Part shown: piece by piece, positions 24,717-38,353 of the stretch
Position numbering within the stretch: position 1 is the first letter of the stretch
How the letters are laid out: the number at the start of each line of letters is the position of its first letter
Assembly (NCBI GenBank): GCA_002189035.1
Contig: NEEC01000018.1
Location: 1,550,001 to 1,614,000 of the forward strand
Source of the DNA: Utricularia gibba
Lineage: Eukaryota; Plantae; Magnoliophyta
Reading direction: 5' to 3'
Length of the DNA: 64,000 bases
The notes under the pieces: model-generated
Database searches by the model: none
The model's input: the letters and a program-made list of their open reading frames with translations, nothing else
What the model was told of the DNA's origin: nothing
Position numbers and translations under genes: made by a program

Positions 24717-27700
24717 ATGGTGTGTGAAGAGATGCTGATTCCCAGCTACAACTGTAATCGCCATTTTCCCGTTCTCCCTTTCAAGCCCATTGTACGAGGT
24801 TCTTACCAATTCCCGATTCTCCGTTTTTCGAGTTCGACCCAAAAGCAATGCCGCCGCCGACATATAATCGCGGCGGCAGTCGGGGAGGCTGAAAGTCGTG
24901 CTTTTTCCCAGTCCGCCATCCGTAGAATAGCTGAAAAGCTTCGTAGTCTGGGATTCGCTGAAGAAAGCAATGATAGTTCGACGACTGATTCCTTAATTTC
25001 AGGACCCAATTCTCCTGGGGAGATTTTTGTGCCACTACCAAACAGTTTGCAGAAGAAAAGAGTGGGTCATACTCTTGACCTGAGCTGGAGCACGCCGGAA
25101 AATCCTGTTCCGCAACCAGGTTCTGGGAATGCAATACAGAGGTTTCATGAGTTAGAACGTGGGGTTAAGGAGGAGGAAGAAAGACGTAGGGGGCTCAAAG
25201 ATGGAAAGAGGAAAACGACGCCGAGTATGGCCGAGCTTACACTGTCAAAGGGGGAGCTTGGGAGATTGATTAATCTGGGGATTCCATTGAAAAAAAGGCT
25301 GAAAGTGGGAAAGGCAGGAATTACTGAAGGAATCGTGAATGGGATTCATGAGCGGTGGAGGAGGTCTGAGGTTGTGAAGATAGCTTGTGAAGATATATGT
25401 AGATTAAACATGAAAAGGACTCATGAACTCTTGGAGGTTGGCTTATAACTCTTCTCCCTGACTTCTCAATATCGTTTAGGTTCAAACAGCATGACTTGCA
25501 ATGGCATTGTTCAAGGGAGCAACGCCTGGTCATGATTACTTCTTGTGTTAGATCCTGATGCTAAATTTATTTTCAATATGTAGTGGCATAAAATGTGCAG
25601 AAGATTATGGCAGGCTGTATCATTCTGAAGTTTATCTTGAAAGCCTTACTCTTATATTCGATATTTGATTCTAAAAACTCGTTTTTTAATCTAGTAATAC
25701 TAGTATCTTGACCTTTTTCTTCCTTGTGTTTTTTTATTAGATGGGAAATTGGAGCTTGTGATGGTAAAAAAAAAAAAGTCATGTATTTGTGGTCTTGCAT
25801 ACAATTTGTTTGCCTTTCCTAATGACTACTCGAAATGTTTTCAGAGGAAAACTGGAGGACTTGTTGTTTGGAGATCTGGAGGTAATGTAATACTATACAG
25901 AGGACCAAATTACAAGTATCCATACTTTCTTGCTGATAAAATGTCAGTAGCATCTTCTTCGGAAACTTCATCTGAAGTAGTCGAGGATTCTTCGACAAGA
26001 AGCGAGGCACATATCAGTTCACCTGTGGTCACTTTTGGTGAATCTTCTAAACAGAGCTCTAATCCACATATTTCTCGGCTACCGCTAGTGCAAGGAGTTG
26101 GCTTACCAAATAGGGTTCGCTTTCAACTTCCTGGGGAGGCAGAGCTTGCTGAAGATACGAATGCATTGCTTGAAGGACTTGGTCCTCGGTTCATTGACTG
26201 GTGGGGATGTGATCCTTTGCCAGTTGATGCTGATCTTTTGCCAGCAGTAGTACCTGGATACAAGAAACCGTTTCGGCTTCTCCCATATGGAATTCAACAA
26301 AAATTAACCAATGATGAACTTAACACGTTACGGAGGCTAGGCCGGCCTCTACCATGCCACTTTGCTGTAGGTTTGACCTCTGTTCCTCTTAGGGATGTTT
26401 TCATCATAGATTCAGTTTCTCTTTGGCATGATGATTTAACATAGTGCTACTGACTACTCATATTTGTTAATAAGTACTTTTTTTTCCTAGTTTTGTGTAG
26501 CAGCAATAGAAAATATTTTTAGCATTTCAAAGACCCCTGAGCTTTCAGAGAAAGTATTAATTACATCATATCTACATTAGGGAGGAACAGGAAGCTTCAA
26601 GGATTGGCTGCAGCCATGGTTAAGCTTTGGGAGAAATGTGAAATTGCAAAAATAGCCATCAAAAGAGGAGCACAGAACACAAACAGTGAAATGATGTCTG
26701 AAGAACTAAAGGTATAAGTGATTTCGTCCCATTATCATGGTCTTATGCTCCAATGGTCACTTTGTTCTCGATGGTTCCCGAAAGTAAAGTGTGACACTCA
26801 GTTTTTACTGTCATTTGAATGTAGCTAAATTACTCTGGGGATCTTGCAGCTGTTGACTGGTGGGACATTACTTTCAAGGGATAAAGAATTCATTGTTTTC
26901 TATAGAGGAAAGGATTTTCTTCCATCTGCGGTGTCTTCTGCTATAGATGAGCGAAGGAAGTATGCGATCAATTTACATAAAACAAAGGCAGCCAACTTAC
27001 ATGGTGTGAGTATGCACGAAAATGTGGACCAAAGAAAAGAATCCTCTCCTAAAGAGGAAGTCAACAAAGTAACTAACTTGAATACAAATGGTGGCTACGA
27101 TGAGCAGACAATGAGCCCCTTGCAGGCAAAACTAGAGAGAACAAACACCAAATTGTCTGCGGTACGCAATCTTGTTTGTCCCCTGTTATAAAAATCAATT
27201 TTCTCTAGCTTCTCTCAGTCTGTGTTGTACTGATTGATCCAAAGGCCTTAGCAAAGAAGGCTGAGGCCGAAAGGCTTTTAGAAGAGCTAGAGGGAAGGGA
27301 GAGCCTTCAAGTGCCTGAAACAGATAAAGAAGGTATAACTGAAGAAGAAAGATATATGCTGAGAAGAGTGGGTCTGAGGATGAAGCCTTTTCTATTGATG
27401 GGTGAGTCTTGATTTTCAAAGATTTCCTTATCCTGTCTGATGCATTTCTCTAGCATTTGGTTACCCTCTAGAGACTCAAGTGATGGCTATATTTCAGGCC
27501 GAAGAGGTGTTTTTGATGGCACTATAGAAAACATGCATCTACATTGGAAGTATAGGGAACTAGTGAAGGTGTGCATTGGGCCAAGAAACATTGAAGAAGT
27601 TCATCGAGTAGCACGCATGTTGGAGGCTGAAAGTGGTGGTATATTGGTAGCAGTTGAACCATCTAGCAAGGGTCATTACATCATAGTGTATCGTGGAAAA

Positions 27701-29355
27701 AATTATACACGGCCTGCTTCCTTGAGGCCACGGTCACTCCTGAGCAAAAGACAAGCTCTGAAAGTTTCAATTGAAGCACAGCGCCATCAGGTATGGTTGC
27801 ATGCAGTATCATTATGTACAGATTCCACATCGCATGTTTTGCTTACTCGAACCTCGGACTGTCGTGCACCTAATGAATCTTTGGTCTGGCTGTTGCAGTC
27901 CTTGAAACTACATGTTTTGAAGCTCAACAAGACGATTGATGAATTAAAACAAGCAACGGTAGCATTTTCTTTGATCTTTCCTGAACTGATCATAGAGTGA
28001 AACCACTAGCAATTCTCCTGCTATATTTTGTTACATAGTTTCCAAATTTGTACTTCCTTGGTTTTTCCATTCGTTGTTTACAGTAACTTTTGCTGATGTA
28101 TCCATTGCTTCTGAATGCCAGGCTGAAGGAGGAATTGATGAAAACCATGCCCATGATGATGAAGCATCTTCTTCTGATACTGAATCTGATCTGGAATCTT
28201 CCTTTGAAGCTCCATTTGATGAGGTGAGGACAAAAGCATTCACGTTTCATATTCTCTGGCTTATCACACCTCTTTCTGCTGTAACAGCTTGATGCAAGAG
28301 ACAGCCATCAGACTGATGCAGTCTCCATCGACTCTGGGAGCACGATGGGTGCCCCTGAAAGCATTGAAAATTGCATTCAGCATGAGTTAAAAGGGGGTGC
28401 CCCTTCACAGTTTCTTGGTCAACAAAACTATCTATCCAATAAAAAAGCAACAGAACATGGACGAAAATCACCATCCTGGGAAATGACCCCAGGGTCTCCC
28501 CAGACAAGGTACAGGAGAACAGCCAAAACTCGGCATACTATAAAGGTAAATAGAGAATTCCATTCATCACTTGTATTGTTGGTCTAATTTCTGATTTTGA
28601 ATCTTGGGAATTACCTTTGAAATGACTATGTGCCATGGGATGCCAGTCTCAGACCCGTGGAAGCTTGCCAACCCCTTCTCAGCCAGGAGATGCTGAATTG
28701 AAACCCGCAACTCAGAATACTCTGAATGATGAGCCATTGTTGCAGACGACAAGGCTTTCTCCGATTTCCAACAGGGAGAGGCTTCTTCTGAGAAAGCTGG
28801 CTCTCGGTATGAAAAACCCACCAGTGCTAGCTGTAGGTAAAGTCAGCTCACCGCCATGTGGTTCCCTGTTTATACACCAAAAAAATTATAAACTCCCAAC
28901 AAAAGCTGCATCTTTTTTGTTCCCATGTTCTCTGTGTACTCGTTCAGGAAAGAGCAATGTGATCAACGGAGTTGCGAAAGCTATAAAGGAACACTTCAGA
29001 AAGCACCCTCTTGCCATAGTGAGCATAAAAGGCAGAGCCAAAGGCACATCCATTCAGGAAGTGATTTACAATCTCGAGGTTCGTTGACCCAAACACTCCT
29101 CCGTCCGTTACCTGAAAGCAGTGGAACTGAAGAATGTTTTTTGTTCAGCAAGCTACTGGTGCAGTTTTTGTGTCTCAAGAACCAAGCAAAGTTATACTAT
29201 ACAGAGGATGGGGAGCAGCAGTCACAAAGGATCGGAAAACCAATTCGATGGGCCAGGAAATAAGGCCTCCGCCGCCATTGTCGCCGGAGCTCATTCGGGC
29301 TGTAAGATTGGAGTGTGGCCTGCAATCTGACGACGGAGAAGCCCACTCGCAATGA
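24717..29355 (+). CDS. CFM2: CRM-domain chloroplast splicing factor CFM2, multi-exon
   Basis: Four CRM domains: [25 protein letters not shown]; [28 protein letters not shown]; [24 protein letters not shown]; [24 protein letters not shown]. Also [15 protein letters not shown]. Confidence 0.92.
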
Positions 29356-29580
29356 AAATTCATAATGAATTTTTTTGTTGTTGTTTTTTTATTATAATAA
29401 AAATATTTATCGTAAAATAATAAATTAAATTGTTTTATAATGATATTGGGCACAGCACTGGAAGTGTTCTTGCCGCGGATTTTCCCAATTTTTGCCGAGC
29501 TGTGAAATTCTTGCTTTAGGGTTCGAAATCACCTCTTTCTTCCGCCGATCTGTCTTTCGCCACTGCATCGATCTTGCTAG

Positions 29581-31314
29581 ATGCCGCAATCGCAAGTGAC
29601 AGTCACTCTCGGTCCCTATGGACAGGTACGTTTTTTCCTCTTACACCCGGTTAAGAAGATTTTGAAATTGGTTGGATTTGTTGGGTTTGCGCGTGGGATT
29701 TGAGGTAGAAAATGGTGTTTGCTTTTGATATGCAGAAGGTAGTGAAGGAGTCATGGGGAGATTCGGCCGGCGGTCGCGACAGTGGTCCTTGGTTATCTGG
29801 GAGTAAAAGATCAGTGTCGGAGTCTTTTGGTAGCAGTGCGGCTGATTATATGTATGGAGGAAGCAAAAGGTTAGCGTTCGTGCTTTCTTCTAGTTTATGT
29901 TAAATGTCTTGCAGCTCTGAAGTTTTAAATTTGTGGGTATAGGATGAGGGGGGAGACTAGTTCAAGGAGCTATGCTTCTAGCAGCCGTTCAGATGGTATG
30001 ATTGATATACCTGATATGGGATTGAGTTTCCTTGTTTGGTCTGGTGACTTATGTGTACTCTGTTTGAATCTTGTCTGTGGTTTTCTGGTGTCTGTCATTG
30101 TCGTAGCTGCTGACTCTGGATTGTGTCCAAATGACCTCCGGTTGAAGCTACAGCGAAAAAGAGCTTCTAGGGTTGAGGAGGTTGACGGAAATGGGTATAG
30201 GAGGAACGTGCAACGTTTTGAGAACGTTTCAGGACAGTTTCGTTCCCGGGAATTCCCAGGTGATAACATTTTGAGAACGGAATCTTCTTCCATGAGAATC
30301 ACGGGACCTCCAAGGGAGCGCTCGATGGCAAGTTCGTTTTCCTCTTGGCCTTCTTCAAGTGGGGTAAGAGCAAGGTCCCCTGAAATTACTACAAAACACG
30401 CTGCCAGAATTCCTAACCTCAGACGGACCTCCAATGAATTGTCTCGACTTCCAATGGCAAGGCCAGATGATGCCTCAAGAACAGGGCGTATGCCATTAAA
30501 CCAACCTGCAGATTCTTATAGGCCAAAAGTACCAAGGCCTTCTGTCCCTAGGATTGACATGGAGCCTGAAAGGCTTGTCAGAGAACACTCTTCAGCTGCC
30601 AGTGGCATGTTTAAGCCTCCTCCAGTGGTAGATGATGCTGATAAACCACGTATATTCATCTATTTGGTATTTTTACTTTTCCTCATTACAGGTAATTTTG
30701 CTCGCAGGATAACCAGCCTGTCACCATTGGTTGGTTCTTGAGTTCACTTGGTCTGGAAAAATATTCCATCAACTTTCAAGCTGAAGAGGTATCAGATTAC
30801 TTTGGAACACAGAACGGATGCATTGACCGATTCCTCATCATTCCTTTATCATTATACATAAGCTGTCGATCTTTTCAGATATTTGATGTACAACCCCTGA
30901 CTTTTCTTCCTTGCAGATAGATATGGCGGCATTGAAACAAATGCGAGACAGTGACCTCAAGGAGCTGGGCATACCAATGGTACAGTTAGTGTTTTTTCCT
31001 CCCACACGAATTGATCCTTTTCATGGCCTCAAAAAATGTGTTTTTGCTTTTCATATGGCTTTTCTCTTAGTCTCCCTCTACTACCAACACCCACTACTTT
31101 CATTATTGTTCACATACATAAACAATAATGAATTATTGTCGTCGGGTAGAGTCATACATAAACTCATAACAAACTCCTTTCTATTTTCCAACGTGTAGCT
31201 ACTAGTTAGTGACCTGCTATCATTTTACAGGGACCCAGGAAGAAAATACTCCTTACGTTACAAGGCCCTGGGCGACGTCCAGTCCAACCACTTCCAAACA
31301 ACCAGATTCACTAG
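29581..31314 (+). CDS. sterile alpha motif (SAM) domain protein, multi-exon
   Basis: MPQSQVTVTLGPYGQ start, GSKRSV, NDLRLKLQRK, and a C-terminal SAM (FLSSLGLEKYSINFQAEE-IDMAALKQMRDSDLKELGIPM-GPRKKIL). Stop at 31312-31314. Confidence 0.85.
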
Positions 31315-31930
31315 CAGCTACGGTAACCAAGTTACCCTAGTCCTTGTGTATGTATGACTCTACCCGACGACATCAGCATGCTTTACATGATTCGAGAATT
31401 TCAGTGTTACTTGTCATAGTTATAAGCCTGGTCTTGCTGATGGCGATGCCAAGTTTTAAAATCCAAATGCTCAGGACTTTTCAGTGTGCCTTGTTTCCAA
31501 TTTTTTTCATAGCAGCCTGTTCAACCTAGCAAACTGGGAACTAGACCGCGACCATGGTCCCATGTGGCCTATGGGTCCTTTCTAAATGGAGTTAGGAGTT
31601 AGAGGGAATATTGGGGCAGCAGCATTTTCCTTGGTTTGGGGATGGGACCGAGAGCGAAGGGTCATAAATGCGCCTCATTCATGTGCTTGCTCCTAAGCCT
31701 ATGTGATGGATGCTGAATTCAATTGTCACACCCACCTTGTTGTTAATCACTCATGTAGCTGTGCTCCATGCTCGAGTAACATACACTAAGTCGTAAAGAA
31801 TTTGAAATTATTGATGTAGCACACATTGGGGGTTGTTAACCTCTCTGTCTTGCTTGAGTGGGGAACTCTGTAATCACTTCTAGCGGCAGCTGCCATGGAC
31901 GCCGGAGTAGAGTTGCCTCTGTGCCGCTGC

Positions 31931-32914
31931 TCAATTATTGAAGGCGTCGCAGCGCCGTCTGACCTCGCCGGCGGGGCCGGTCTTCACGCCGACGACGCTC
32001 ATCTTCTCCATGGCAGCTCCGAACGCCTTGAAGAAGGCGTTCTGATCCCTGGAGTAGAGTTCCACGAAGGGGCGGGTTCTGGGATCGGAGTTCATTCCGT
32101 GATCCGAAGCGAGAAGGCCGAGCCCCTTCTGGATGTTGCTGTAGTACATGTTGTCGAATTTGTTGGGGGTCATCACGTCGTTGAAGACCGATAGTGTGGG
32201 GTTCCTGTGGTAATCGGCGCAGGCGGTTCTCAGGGATCTGGCGAACTCCGGGTAGTAACCAGGATCCGAGTCCATGGCCCGGCTGAAGTTGTAGAGAATT
32301 GAGCTGAATTCCTTGCAATGGGAGAATCCTATTGTGTGAGCGCCGACTAGGGCTACCATCTCGCCGGTGAGGAGTCCCTTCGATTGGAAGATTCCGATGA
32401 TTTGATCCATCGCCATAGTGGGGAGAGGGAGGTGTCCGTCGACATCAGCGGCGCGGGATGTGAGAGAATCTTTCCGGCCGAGCTTCACGGTGTAGAATGG
32501 GCCCCCGGTCATCACAACTAGATTCCGAGTGGCCTCCGCGAGGATGTCGGAGCAGGAAACGACCCCCGGGCAAGCGAGCTCGAGCGCGGCTTTGGCTCGG
32601 ACGACAACATCGAAGCCGTCGCCGGGAAGGGAGCGGTTAATGTCGGCATCGCGCTCGGCTAGGTTGAATGGAGTGGAGGACACGAGGACGGAGGCGTCGC
32701 ATCCGCCGACGAAGCAGTCGTGGAAGAAAAGGCGGAGAGCCGCCGCCGCCGTGGTTGGGGAGACGATCTGCTTGTTCGTGGTGGTTTCTTGCACGATCTG
32801 CTCGAATTTAGGGCACGACTTGGCGTAGTAGCCCGTGGTGAGAAGCGGCGCCGCCTCGACGGCTATCCCAACGCCGGTAATCGTGAGGACCAGCAGGACT
32901 ACCAGAGCTGCCAT
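31931..32914 (-). CDS. class III secretory peroxidase, PER31/PER63-like, single exon
   Basis: Signal peptide MAALVVLLVL, YY..SCP, distal LRLFFHDCFVGGCDAS, VSCSDILA, proximal VALVGAHTIGFSHC, FDNMYY and GEVRRRC. Confidence 0.93.
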   Translation of the reverse strand: MAALVVLLVLTITGVGIAVEAAPLLTTGYYAKSCPKFEQIVQETTTNKQIVSPTTAAAALRLFFHDCFVGGCDASVLVSSTPFNLAERDADINRSLPGDGFDVVVRAKAALELACPGVVSCSDILAEATRNLVVMTGGPFYTVKLGRKDSLTSRAADVDGHLPLPTMAMDQIIGIFQSKGLLTGEMVALVGAHTIGFSHCKEFSSILYNFSRAMDSDPGYYPEFARSLRTACADYHRNPTLSVFNDVMTPNKFDNMYYSNIQKGLGLLASDHGMNSDPRTRPFVELYSRDQNAFFKAFGAAMEKMSVVGVKTGPAGEVRRRCDAFNN

Positions 32915-33755
32915 TGTTGCTGCATTCACTCCGGCAACTGGTCCGATCCTTCCTCCAGTGAAAGCTGAGTGAGAGAAACCAGTAAACACCCCAACGCGCG
33001 TGTGAGTTATAATATGGTGTGGGTGAGAACACCGTAATTCCAACTCTCCGCCAATCACGAGCCCATGCGTCGCTAATCGCCACGTGGCCAGGCGGTGGGT
33101 CCCCACCGTTTTGCCAATTTCAATCCTAGTAGGACGACAGCTGGATCATCCAAACTTTTTTTTATCACGTTTCTAATTAAAAGAACAAGTTCTCTAATTT
33201 AAGGTACCTGAAGCGCCTTGGTAACGGAGAATCAGGCAGTGTTCTGCATGCGCATTCACCCAAGATGCTTTTTTATCAAACACTTGGTGGGCATATTCCA
33301 CGAGCTGCACAGTGAGCTTCCTCTTGCTCCGCTACCGCAAGGACTTCTTCGCTCCTTCTTGAAGACGGAGGAAGTGCAATAAAGCGATGAATTTTTCGAT
33401 GCAACTGAAACCTGTCGTATGGAATCCCGACGACGGATCTCCTTTCAAGGATCAACGAGCATGTAGAACAGCAAGGAGTAGAGAAGAAATTGTGAAAGGA
33501 ATAGCAGCTAGCTGTATAATCAATCTGAATGGCATTCATATCGTCACCGGCGGCCGGAAGGTGAAGCTTTAGTACAGGTAGTATCACAAGGTACAACAAA
33601 ATCTATATACCTGACGTATGAGGAAGCAACAGATGTGAATGAGGTGGGGGGTGGTACTTGTGATCATTGTACAGTTAAAAGAATGGAAAATCTTGACGGC
33701 TAACTTTCCGGTCTTCTTCGCCTGCTGTGGAAAAGCTTCATGTGCAGATGGGTCT

Positions 33756-35974
33756 TCAGCTCACCTGTTCTCCGATCAAGTCCAAGCCCATGACTAGAAA
33801 TGACCCGCCCTGGAACAGCAAGTAGTAGAAATGGATGCCCTGTTTTGACAGCAGGCTTCTAGCAGCGGCGGTGAGCAGAAGCAATGCAAGCGCCAGCTCT
33901 TGCCGGTAAATTCTGTTTTTCTTCTTTACAGGGGGTGGTTTTTGCGCCTTCTGTTCATTTAGTTTCCCCAGGGTCTGAAGCCCTGACTCCGAGAGGCGTC
34001 TCTGAATCTTTTCTTCGTGGAGAGCTTTCGTCTCCCTCTCAGCGAGGCTTATCAGGTCCGACTCCGATGCTCTTCCAGTCTTCTTTGTTACAACCCACTC
34101 ATAGGCACTGCCAAGCTGGAAAAGCCCCGACACCATGGCATTGAACTTTGTGACGGACATCGTGTTCTCGAAGAGTAGGTATGGCATCAGAAATGGGAAA
34201 GATCTCGGTGCTGGGAGAATGTTTAGAATGGACATGACAATGGGGACGTAACAGATCACCCAGGCAGGCAGCTCAGCTTCAGGAACGAACATTGTCAGTG
34301 GGAGAATAATGCAGAAGAGAGTGAAAGAATAGAAGGGAAGTATGAGCTTCCTCAGCAGGAAGAAGAGAAAGATCATATTTGCCTTCTTCCAGACTGATAT
34401 CTGCACACAGAGACCGAACAGGATTCAAAACCAGTTCACTCGGAAGCAAGTTTAGCTGGGAAGTTATACCTTGGAAGTTATGATTGAGGGAAGGCATAAT
34501 CTGAAGAGCTGCATAGGGCCAGAATGCCAACGATGCTGCTGCTTCTTGTATGCTTCGTATGACTCGGGCAGTTCACAGAGAACCTTAACATCATTGAGGA
34601 AAACGAACTTCCAGCCCTTCAAGTGAGCCCGGACGGCAATATCCATGTCCTCCACCGTAGTCCTTTCCAGCCAGCCGCCAGAATCCTCCAAGGCCTTGAT
34701 CCTCCAGACTCCGGCAGTCCCATTGAACCCAAAGAAATTAAGGAAGATGCCATTTACTTGCTGTTCAACTTCAAAATGAAAGCAGAGATTGATGTTTTGC
34801 AGCCTTGTTAGCAAGTTTTCATCCTTGTTCACAAAAGACCAGCGTGCTTGGACAAGGCCTACATCAGGCTTCCCCTGAATCAAAACAGAAGGGAAGACCT
34901 TAAGAAAGCTTGTTTAGTGGATCAGTACTGTGAATGAGATGGTTCGGTGGATACCCTGAAATGGGGGATTGTCATTTTGAGAAAATCTGGATTTGGTTGG
35001 AAATCAGCATCGAAAATTGCTACAAATTCATAGTCTTTTACGTAGTCACAGCCCATGGCTGATTTAAGGTTTCCTGCCTTGTAACCTGTTCTAATGAAAC
35101 GATGCCTGTATATTATGTTTACCCCTTTTTCTCTCCATGACATCACTTCTTCTCTGATCAATTTCTGTACCAATTCATCATCAGAATCATCCAGGACTTG
35201 AACAAGAAACCTGTCCTTGGGCCAATCAAGCTGGCAAACAGCACCAATGGATTGTTCATAGACCTTAAAAAAGAAAGCACTTCAGACCAAGAACAACAAA
35301 CATAAGCAGAGAGTGAAACCAGGAGTGTCAGCTTTTACCTCTCTTTCATTACACATAGGCATTTGAACAAGCACCATGGGGTACCTGGATTCATCTTCAA
35401 TATCTTCTTCTTCTTCTATAACAGGCTTTAATTTCTTGAACTTGATCCAGAAACATCCCAAGCATTGAATGAATCGATCCAGAGACTGAACCATGAAGAG
35501 TAAAATGCAGAATCTGGAAAGTGTGACTACCAATGGAGCAATGTAATCTGCTCTGAAGTCCATCCAAGACATGTACAACCACTGCACCAGATTTTGAACT
35601 TCCAATGGATTCATCATACTCAAATCCCACTTATTGTAAAAAGCAATCACCTCCACAGGGAGGGCAATCACTGAAATAGCTAAAAACACTTTTGTAAACT
35701 TGTACAGTCTCCCTCTGTACCGAGGATCCTCTTCATTATTCGATGAAGAAATACGTTTCCTTATAGACCCGAAAACGCCAAAGGACTTCATCGCCAGCCA
35801 TGGAACGAAGTTCAAGGCTCTTTGGGTTTTCAAGAGAAAAACCCAAGTTAATCGCTTGGGGCTGTTGGTTTTTTGCTTCTCCCGGGAAGTGGATAGAGGA
35901 CTAGAATCGTCCATTTCAATCAATGAAAAGTTCTCAGGCTTCTCCAGAGTGATGGCCACAGTGTTGGGGGCCAT
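33756..35974 (-). CDS. CSLC4: xyloglucan beta-1,4-glucan synthase CSLC4-like (GT2); exons approx 35974-35337, 35263-34949, 34874-34470, 34403-33756
   Basis: [65 protein letters not shown] (QxxRW) and [14 protein letters not shown]. Confidence 0.93.
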
Positions 35975-36834
35975 TGGTGATCGGAGAAGCCGGGAAACCC
36001 ACAACCCAGAATCGTAATCTCCGATTACAACAGCAGAGAAACCTCAACCTACCAAACCATCATATCAACGCTCTGCTCCACCATAACCAGATCTTGAACA
36101 AAAACGGGGGCGGGGGGAGGCCGGAAAACCAAGTTGTCAATTCCAATTCCCAAGTTAAGGAAAAGAAGAGAAGGAGAGAAGAACAATCATGAAAGAATAG
36201 AGAAGCGGCAAATCCGCATATCCCATTTTATTGATCTGAAGAAAACCAGATGATTCCCTCCGTGTTACACAACAGTAATTCAGGAGCTTTAACCAAACAC
36301 CCATGTAGTAGAACTGGGCCAGCACGCCGATTCCGCATCTTAATGGCGAATTTTCCATGAGATGGCGGTGGCCGAATCCCGGAAAATTCACCGCAGAATC
36401 GTCGGTGTGGGATAAAAACTACCCTTAAGAGACAACTAATTACAGCAAAATCCAGCCCCACCCCACCAACGCCCATCTTTAGTGTCCTGTCTCCTCACCT
36501 GTACCTCATCTTTATCTTCCATTCCCACATCCCCTTTCCCCCAGAGAAAAAAAAATTTCATCTTTACCAGAACAATCAAAATGGGACGAAGACGCCATTG
36601 CTCGCTACATTAAAAGAAAAAAATCCCATCTTTACCATAACAATCAAATAGAATAGCGGCGCCAATTTAGAACACATCCAAAATTCCACTTTGATCACTG
36701 ACGGCATTTTTAAATTAATTACGTTTTTTTAATAAATAAAATAATTGGTTTTAAGAAAATATTATTATTATTATTCACCTTAATCGTGATTAAAAAAATA
36801 GTTGAGAGTAAGTAAAAGCCAACCGTGTCATCAA

Positions 36835-36851
36835 CACGTGGGGACCACGTG
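36835..36851. promoter_or_regulatory. tandem G-boxes (CACGTG x2) upstream of CSLC4
   Basis: aacacgtg gggaccacgtgc: two CACGTG motifs 5 bp apart, ~870 bp upstream of the ATG. Confidence 0.45.
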
Positions 36852-38353
36852 CGGGGTCCACAGAAACCCATTAAACGCTTCATTGAAATCTCATCAAGTA
36901 TTTTGGGTGGTGGAGTGGGGATTGTAACTCAATACATTTGCTTAGTAAGATCCAAGATTGCAACTCAATAGACTACTTGTACATATACACATAATATATG
37001 CACTGGAAGTTGACGAGTTTGTCCTCAAGTTCGGAAATCATTTGTATTTTAACATATTAATCAAGTTCGAAAATTATTTTTATGTATTTTATCCTATTGA
37101 TGATAATGAGATATATTATTCATTTTCATACATATTTTCTTGTATTTTTCGAATATATAATCTTTTTGATTTTACGTTCTTCTCTTTTGAGAAATAGATT
37201 GTAAAAAAAATTAGAATAACCCCTATTATCAGTATAATGTTTAATGAAAATTGATATTTTAAAATATAAATTAGTTTATATTAATTATTTAGTTAGTTTT
37301 AATTAACATTAAAATACAAATTCATCTATTTAAAATAATCTATAATATTTTATTTTATAAAAGAAATTTTGCTCATCTTACAGGAATGTACCACAAAGGT
37401 TGGATGGTGTGGAGGAAGCGGTGTTGGTGGAATAGTAGGACAATGCTGCTGGTTTTGTGCTCTGGTTCAAGCACGCAGAATGGACTTTTTCCAGCCGGCC
37501 GGAGTCCCTATCCGGCGGCGAAAATTGTCAACCGGAAACCATGGAGACGCCACCCCTCCCCTTGAACACCTGTAAAAAAGTCAAAGTCGTATGGCACTTG
37601 GTAAAACGAGCACAGCTGCGCATGCAATGGGAAGATCTGACTGAGCTCCCGATTCATGATTCCAGTTGTAAAAGTGGGGAGAGCATTCATTCATTCTATT
37701 CCTCTTCTTCTTTCAATTTATTTCTGGTACTCTGAGGTTGGTCGACATTGAAGGAGAAAAGGGAAGTTGGGTGTGGGGGCGCGCTGCCGCTAATTAAGGG
37801 GAGCACGAGGGTGTCGCGGGCGCCGTCCCGGCGAAACCACCAACCCCATAGATTCAGATTCACCTTCCCAGCCATCTTGCACCTGCTGCGATGTGGTTCT
37901 GGTAGAAACAGTAGTTGGCTGCTAGACTTTCCTTTCACCTTCGTCCCACCCGTAACAACACGCAGTAGAACCTGTACAATGTTTTCGTTTCTCCGTTCGG
38001 AGATCATCCTGGACGCATTAGCATGAAATCTAGGAACCATCATTCACTGTAGATAAAAGCAGAACTGATTTGGCTAGAATTCCGATACTACAGTCGATCA
38101 TTTTCACAGTGTGTAAGTTGCGAGCTTAAGGTTTAAGGTTGGGTTTCATCCCCAGAATAGGATGCATTAGAAAAGAAGGTCATGTTACTGACTGAAAGCA
38201 ATACGAAACACAAAAGGGGGAGGGGTTGGTGTACCTGCATCATCAACTTCAGTAGGAAGAAGAAGAAGAAGAAATGAACTTGCCACCATCATTTTTACAG
38301 CTAGAGAAATGTTCAAATACATCAGGGCAGTTCATCATAGAGGCAAGCAAGCA

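Noticed and set aside
31895-32968. Several long overlapping ORFs around the peroxidase
   Set aside because: Expected shadow ORFs of a GC3-rich CDS.
37640-37700. gagctccc / attcattc motifs reminiscent of miR159/319 precursors
   Set aside because: No mature miRNA match and no long fold-back visible.
38240-38340. C/D-box-like words (ATGATGA, CTGA)
   Set aside because: Order and spacing do not fit a snoRNA, and there is no terminal stem.
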